64,000 nt of DNA, taken from positions 3,840,001 through 3,904,000 of the forward strand of contig OZ244999.1 of NCBI GenBank assembly GCA_965223265.1. The letters run 5' to 3'. How positions within the stretch are numbered: position 1 is the first letter of the stretch; each line of letters begins with the position of its first letter. The notes below the pieces were generated by a model. The model made no database searches and was not told where the DNA came from. It was given only the letters and a program-made list of their open reading frames with translations. The position numbers and the translations under genes are program-made. This document shows, piece after piece, positions 58,886 to 64,000 of this stretch. This DNA is from Planctomycetota bacterium (GTDB lineage: Bacteria > Planctomycetota > UBA8108 > SXIK01).

Positions 58886-60205
58886 ATGACACAGAAGACT
58901 CAACGTACCAACCGCCGGAACTTCCTGAAGGCCACGGCGGCCACTGGTGTCGGTTTCTGGATGGGAACCTCCTCTTCTCTATACGCCGCTCCCAAGTCTG
59001 CCAACGAAAAGCTCAACATCGGCGTGATCGGCGCAGGCGGCAAGGGGTACGGCGACATGCGAGGGGTCAGCAGCGAGAACATCGTCGCGCTTTGCGACGT
59101 CGATGAGAGTCGCGCCGCGAAGTCGTTCGCTGACAATCCGAAAGCCAACAAGTACCACGACTACCGCAAGATGCTCGACATGGAGAAGCTCGACGCAGTC
59201 ACCGTGTCGACTCCCGATCATAGCCACGCGCCGGCGAGCGTCCGCGCGATGCAGCTTGGTCTCCATGTCTTCTGCCAGAAGCCGCTGACCTACTCTGTGT
59301 ACGAGGCTCGCTTACTGCGCGATCTAGCACGCAAGTACAACGTCGCGACCCAAATGGGAAATCAAGGCACCTCGAGCAAGGGACTTCGAGAAGGCGTGGA
59401 GGTGATTCAATCCGGAGCCATCGGAAACGTCACGCAGATCCACGTCTGGACAAACCGACCGGTGTGGCCGCAGGGAATTCCGCGTCCGGCCCCGGAGCAA
59501 GTGCCTCCACACCTCAAGTGGAATCTTTGGCTTGGGCCGGCCGAGGAGCGCCTCTACAACAAAGCCTACTGCCCATTCAGCTGGAGAGGTTGGGTGGACT
59601 TCGGCACTGGCGCCCTCGGCGACATGGCGTGCCACACCGCAAACCTGCCGTTCATGGCCTTGCAGCTCGAGCACCCGACGCGCGTCGAGGTGCTGGATCT
59701 CAAGGGCAACTTGGGCGACAGCTATCCGACGGGCTCCAAGATCCAGTACGACTTCCCGGCGCGCGGTAATCTGCCAGCCCTGAAGTACTACTGGTACGAT
59801 GGCGGCATGCGCCCGCCGGCCGAGCTGACCGAACCGTTCGGTGAAATCACTTCGAGTGGATCACTGATGGTGGGGGACGGCGGCAGCATGTACTCGCCGG
59901 GCGACTACGGCACGGAATACGTCCTGGCGCCAACCGAGAAGTTCGCTGAGTACAAGCCACCGACCCCGACACTACCGCGTTCTCCCGGCCACTACAAAGA
60001 GTGGCTCATTGCCTGTAAAGGCGGCGAGCGCGCCATGTCGAACTTCGACTACGCGGCCCTGCTCACCGAGACGATTCTGCTCGGCAACGTCGCTATGCGG
60101 GCTGGCCGCCCGATCGAATGGGACGGCCCGCGACTGCGCGTCAAGAACGATCCCCGCGCGGATCAGTTCATCACTCGGACATACCGCAAGGGCTTCGAAG
60201 TGTGA
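58886..60205 (+). CDS. Tat-exported Gfo/Idh/MocA oxidoreductase
   Basis: 'NRRNFLK', 'IGAGGKG', 'STPDHSH', 'FCQKPL', 'GALGDMACH'; SD AGGAG before ATG 58886. Confidence 0.93.
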   Translation: MTQKTQRTNRRNFLKATAATGVGFWMGTSSSLYAAPKSANEKLNIGVIGAGGKGYGDMRGVSSENIVALCDVDESRAAKSFADNPKANKYHDYRKMLDMEKLDAVTVSTPDHSHAPASVRAMQLGLHVFCQKPLTYSVYEARLLRDLARKYNVATQMGNQGTSSKGLREGVEVIQSGAIGNVTQIHVWTNRPVWPQGIPRPAPEQVPPHLKWNLWLGPAEERLYNKAYCPFSWRGWVDFGTGALGDMACHTANLPFMALQLEHPTRVEVLDLKGNLGDSYPTGSKIQYDFPARGNLPALKYYWYDGGMRPPAELTEPFGEITSSGSLMVGDGGSMYSPGDYGTEYVLAPTEKFAEYKPPTPTLPRSPGHYKEWLIACKGGERAMSNFDYAALLTETILLGNVAMRAGRPIEWDGPRLRVKNDPRADQFITRTYRKGFEV

Positions 60206-60236
60206 TACCGCGCTGTTGAGACTGAAATTCTGAAAC

Positions 60237-60280
60237 AAAAAAGGACGGAGTCATCCCTCGTAGGTGACTCCGTCCTTTTT
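60237..60280. terminator. Bidirectional intrinsic terminator
   Basis: AAAAAAGGACGGAGTCA...TGACTCCGTCCTTTTT between convergent genes. Confidence 0.88.
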
Positions 60281-60327
60281 CGTTTGCGCGTCCGCGTTAG
60301 AATGCTCCGCGATGCGCCGAATCGGCG

Positions 60328-61398
60328 TCAGACCGACGGCTGGCCCTCGCGCGCCTTCGCCTCGATCTCGTCGGCCGTGGAGAACTCGTTCCAGTACTCC
60401 TCGGGCATATCGAGTGCAATCTTCAGGGCACCGTTCGAACCCGCATACTGAGGCTCCTCGACGGTCGTGACCTTGCCACCGCCGTACTCCTTGAGAGCCT
60501 CCTCGATCGCCAAACCAAGGCCCTTGAGCTGACTGCCTCCTCCACCGAGGAGGATGTTGTCGCGCATTTTCGCCTGGAACTCAGGGTCGTACGTGGCAAC
60601 AAGATCTTGCAGCTTCTCGACCGTCGGCGGCACGATGGTGTAGCACGCTTCGTAGATCAAATCGGTGACGTCGAATTCCTGCGGCTTACCAGCCACCGGC
60701 ATCGTTACCGTCGCCCGATCCATGTTGCGACTCACGGAGGAGTATTTCTCTTTGAAAGTCCGCGCCATGTTGATCGTGAGCTGGGCGTCGGGATGCTTCT
60801 CTTGGATCAGCTTCAGTAGCGTCTCGTCGACCTTGTCGCCTGCGACTTCATGGCTGCGCTGATCATCTGGACCAGGCATTGTGCCGTGGACACGGCAGAG
60901 GTCAGTAGTACCGGCACCCAGATCGATAACCAGGGTGTCGTCGAGGAAGTCAAGACCGTAAGCGACGGCGAACGGCTCCGAGCAAATGATCACGCTGTCT
61001 GTGCAGTTCGAGGAGACTTCGAGGATCGTCGACTTACCTTCTACGCTCGCCTCAGCGGGCGCGCCGATGACCGCAAAGAGTGTGCTCCCCGCGGGAGCCT
61101 GCGCGAGGCCAATCGCGTGCTCGAGCAGGTCCTTGAGCGCGCGCTTGCGCTCGGATGAGTCCGTCGCACCTTTCACCTTGATGGATCCGCCGGCGAGCGG
61201 GCGCACCAGGTTCAGAGACATCCGGTTCTCGACGGCTTCCTTGCCGTAGATGACGTCTCGACCACCGAACTTCTTCTTGGCGACGTGATCCTTCGGGTAG
61301 CCGACGTACGACCACACGGTCTCACGTACGCCAGTCGACGTCGTAATCGACGTTCGACTCGTACCAAGATCAATTCCCAAGTAAATCGTCTCTGACAT
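60328..61398 (-). CDS. mamK: Actin-like ATPase, MamK family
   Basis: 'LGIDLGTS', 'VGYPKD', 'VIGAPAEAS', 'SEPFAVAYGLD', 'DLGAGTTDLC..HGTMP..DDQ', 'AGKP..FDVT', 'GGGSQLKGL', 'GALKIA.DMPEEYW'. These match MamK rather than MreB signatures. SD GGAGG. Confidence 0.82.
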   Translation of the reverse strand: MSETIYLGIDLGTSRTSITTSTGVRETVWSYVGYPKDHVAKKKFGGRDVIYGKEAVENRMSLNLVRPLAGGSIKVKGATDSSERKRALKDLLEHAIGLAQAPAGSTLFAVIGAPAEASVEGKSTILEVSSNCTDSVIICSEPFAVAYGLDFLDDTLVIDLGAGTTDLCRVHGTMPGPDDQRSHEVAGDKVDETLLKLIQEKHPDAQLTINMARTFKEKYSSVSRNMDRATVTMPVAGKPQEFDVTDLIYEACYTIVPPTVEKLQDLVATYDPEFQAKMRDNILLGGGGSQLKGLGLAIEEALKEYGGGKVTTVEEPQYAGSNGALKIALDMPEEYWNEFSTADEIEAKAREGQPSV

Positions 61399-61609
61399 AA
61401 ACCGGTCCTCCAGCGGGGTTGAACTACGCGTCGACGGTGATTGCGCGAGACGTTGCGCTTTCCCTCTACGGAGAAGAATGCCATCAAACCCCAGACTGTC
61501 ACCCCGACCTGGCGATAATCTCGCCCTTCATGCCCGATCCGGAGTTAGCTCGTGCCGACGCGGGCGTACCGAAGATCGAAAGTGGAAGCAGCTTACGCTT
61601 GACCTTCAC

Positions 61610-63553
61610 TCACTCGGCGTTGGTCATCTCGCGGCTGGATTGCTTCTGCTCTTCGCCAGACAATTGCGAGGAGGTGTCTGCATCTTGGACATCCTCTGCG
61701 GCGGGGGTGTCGTCGGTAGGAGCATCCGACGCAGTCGCCGACTCAGCGTCCGCCTGAGGCGCTGGCTTGGCGTCCGATCCGGGATCGGCGTCGTGGCCAC
61801 GAGCTTCGATCTGCGTGCGAATCTCTTTATTCTGTTGAAAGATATCCTTGAGAAGAGCCAGCTTGCGCTCACGGTTGGCGTCGCTGTCGAGAGTGCTTGC
61901 CACCACGTTGCGCACCTGAGCGCCGGCTTGCTCCAGTGCTTGGGCGCGCTGCTTCGCAACGTCCCGCTCGCGCTGTGCATCTTCAAGCGTTTTCGACAGT
62001 CGGCCGACTTTGCGCTCGAGCAAGGCGATTTGATCCGACTGCGCATCCTGCGCTTTGGCGCTGATCTTGTCGCGTTCCTCGTCGAGCAAGGTCGACACGA
62101 CCCGGCGCATCTCGTCGGCAAGCTCCGCGCTGATCCCGTTCTCTACAACGGCCCGCCGCATCAGACGCTGTAGGCGCGTCTCGATTTCTATCATTCCGGC
62201 GTCTGAAACGGTGAACTGATCGGCGCTGACGACTCGCTGCCGTTCCTCTTCGAGAAGCGCCTGAGCTCGTTCGAGCTGACTCTTCAGCACGTTCGACTGC
62301 TCTTCCAGCCCACGTTTCTCTGCCTGGAAGGCCTCGAGTCTGTCCTTGAAGCCGACTTCGGCCTCTTCAAGAAGCCGTTTTCGTTCCTTGTCATCGAGTG
62401 AGCGGCTCAACCCCTCAACAGCCTCTGAAACGGCATCATCGATGAACGACTTCACGGTCGACTCGTTGAGGACCCGCACTTTGTCGTGCCGCGCGGCGAG
62501 CTCCGAAGCGCGCACCATCTTGGCCTTGAGGCGCAGCGACTTGGTCACATCGCTCCCCTTCAACGCCTGCTGCAGGTTCGCACGATCGCTGCGTGGAGCA
62601 TCCCCCTTGACCATGTGCGAAAACCGGAAGCTCTTCGTCGGAGTCGCGACGATGCTGTCGGCGATCGGCGCCGATGACACTTGGTCCGGCATCACCAGTA
62701 CGCTAAAACCATCGCTCTCAGGCTCAGGCGTCGCGGCTGGTACGGCAGACGACGCTGTCGGACCTGGGGCAACCGGCGTCGCGAAGTCCTCTTCAGACAA
62801 CTGCGGAACCGTGATCGGAAGAAGCGCCTCGGGAGACTCTACGGAAAACTCAGACGTCGACGGCGCCGCGGCGTCCCCGCTGCTAGCGCTACCTTCAAGG
62901 ATCGGCACTACGAATCGCTGCAACCAGTCGTTGAGGCGATCCTCTCCCAGTGGGTCTGAGTGAATCCACTCAAGCCGAACTTGAGTCGCGACGCTTTCCT
63001 CATGTTCGTCGCTGTTCGTGTCTGAAGATAGCGCGCCCGCCGAAGTGATCGTGGCACCTTTCGGGGCGATCGTTTCGTCGACGACGTCCTCTGGAGACGC
63101 GTCGCCTGTCGCGGCAGAGATTTCAGCGTCACCGACAGCACGACCCTCCGGCGCCGTTGCAACGGAGGACGGTTCACTCGAAACGGTCGACTCATCGTTC
63201 GACTCTGGATCGACGGCGTCTTTCTCGACCTCCTCCTCCGCGAGCGCTTCGACTTTGTCTTGCTCGACGAGATCGAGGCTATCGTGCTCAACAGCGGAGG
63301 CGCCCGCGGCTTCAGAAACTCCGTCGCGAGCGATCGCCTCGACGACCGTCTTTGCGTAGAGCGACACTCGACGGCCGGACGCCAGCTCGACCACCACATC
63401 GAGGTAGACCTTTTCCGGCAGAACCTCCGGTTCGAAGAGTCGCGCGCCGGAGACACTTAGCTCCTTGACATCGAGCCGAACGTCGCCGTTCTCCGCGTGC
63501 TCGAGCAGACACCAGCACGCGCCGGGACTCAAGGTGTAGCAAGGATCTTTCAA
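61610..63553 (-). CDS. Acidic low-complexity and coiled-coil protein with split PilZ-like N-terminal domain
   Basis: 'VKELSVSGARL' and later 'VRLEW......DRLNDWL' separated by an E/D/S/A-rich insert; long heptad-rich C-terminal region; acidic tail. Confidence 0.7.
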   Translation of the reverse strand: MKDPCYTLSPGACWCLLEHAENGDVRLDVKELSVSGARLFEPEVLPEKVYLDVVVELASGRRVSLYAKTVVEAIARDGVSEAAGASAVEHDSLDLVEQDKVEALAEEEVEKDAVDPESNDESTVSSEPSSVATAPEGRAVGDAEISAATGDASPEDVVDETIAPKGATITSAGALSSDTNSDEHEESVATQVRLEWIHSDPLGEDRLNDWLQRFVVPILEGSASSGDAAAPSTSEFSVESPEALLPITVPQLSEEDFATPVAPGPTASSAVPAATPEPESDGFSVLVMPDQVSSAPIADSIVATPTKSFRFSHMVKGDAPRSDRANLQQALKGSDVTKSLRLKAKMVRASELAARHDKVRVLNESTVKSFIDDAVSEAVEGLSRSLDDKERKRLLEEAEVGFKDRLEAFQAEKRGLEEQSNVLKSQLERAQALLEEERQRVVSADQFTVSDAGMIEIETRLQRLMRRAVVENGISAELADEMRRVVSTLLDEERDKISAKAQDAQSDQIALLERKVGRLSKTLEDAQRERDVAKQRAQALEQAGAQVRNVVASTLDSDANRERKLALLKDIFQQNKEIRTQIEARGHDADPGSDAKPAPQADAESATASDAPTDDTPAAEDVQDADTSSQLSGEEQKQSSREMTNAE

Positions 63554-63648
63554 TGCAATCCTCTTGACGCATTCTTTTCACCGCTCAGCCGCTCGACGCT
63601 TCGAACGTGGCGGACAGGCGGCAACGACTGACGCTTTGACGGCATCAA

Positions 63649-63677
63649 AATATAGAATGGTGGAGTGCTCGTCGCAA
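63649..63677 (-). promoter_or_regulatory. Putative sigma-70 promoter for the coiled-coil/mamK-like unit
   Basis: Minus strand TTGCGA-17 bp-TATATT about 95 bp upstream of the start. Confidence 0.55.
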
Positions 63678-63890
63678 ATTGAGCCCCGACCCGCCTGCCG
63701 CGCCAAACTTTGTCGGAACGACGCGCCCCCGGGCACGATCTCTGCGTGGTAGAGAGACGCTGCGGTGCGCGGGATCGACCCCGGAGCGCAACACCGTCGC
63801 CGAGATGCTGGCGCTTTCCGGAACGTCCGCCCAAGCCTCGCACAACGTCACACCAAAGTGGGTGTGGAGCGCCGCGAAGTGTCGGCGATG

Positions 63891-64000
63891 TCAGCCCGAT
63901 AGGCTGCCGAGGAGTTCGGTCATCTCACTGACAGCTCTCTCGTCTCCGACCGCGCGCGCCACCACGACGCCGCGCTCGAGAACTTCTCGGGCGGCGTCGA
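63891..64000 (-). CDS. C-terminal end of a probable TPR-like helical protein (partial)
   Basis: Manual translation ...DAAREVLERGVVVARAVGDERAVSEMTELLGSLSG*; stop at 63891-63893. Confidence 0.55.
   Translation of the reverse strand, partial: DAAREVLERGVVVARAVGDERAVSEMTELLGSLSG

Noticed and set aside
60328-61398. Calling the actin MreB
   Set aside because: It lacks MreB hallmarks (DLGTANT, EPSVVA, EEPMAAAIG) and has no mreC/mreD neighbours; the motifs fit MamK.

Overview
GC-rich bacterial chromosomal window, most likely Planctomycetota. This is inferred from the HEAT/vWA proteins, squalene-cyclase-repeat protein, Tat-exported Gfo/Idh/MocA oxidoreductases, GD(C/A)N-type dockerin-like tails and a GTAG REP. 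Housekeeping genes are dapL, topA, leuC, leuD, galM and tRNA-Ala(CGC). The notable content is: (1) a four-gene operon of a giant TPR protein, ExbB/TolQ, ExbD/TolR and a ~1330-aa chimera that combines a TolB-like PD40 propeller, a TonB/TolA-like His-containing TM helix, a long Pro/Ala linker and a QW-motif alpha/alpha barrel, resembling a divergent Tol/Ton motor; (2) a clear MamK-family actin downstream of an acidic coiled-coil protein with a split PilZ-like domain, with no other recognisable magnetosome genes in the window; (3) three secreted cohesin/dockerin-like proteins; (4) a 110-aa K/R/A/T-only histone-like protein behind a ~1.5 kb non-coding region; (5) a complete ISKra4/ISLre2-type IS with an 8-bp TSD, a ~160-176 bp MITE family (four bounded copies with different 4-bp TSDs plus two remnants) and a REP doublet. 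All product calls come from motif recognition by eye; no database searches were run.
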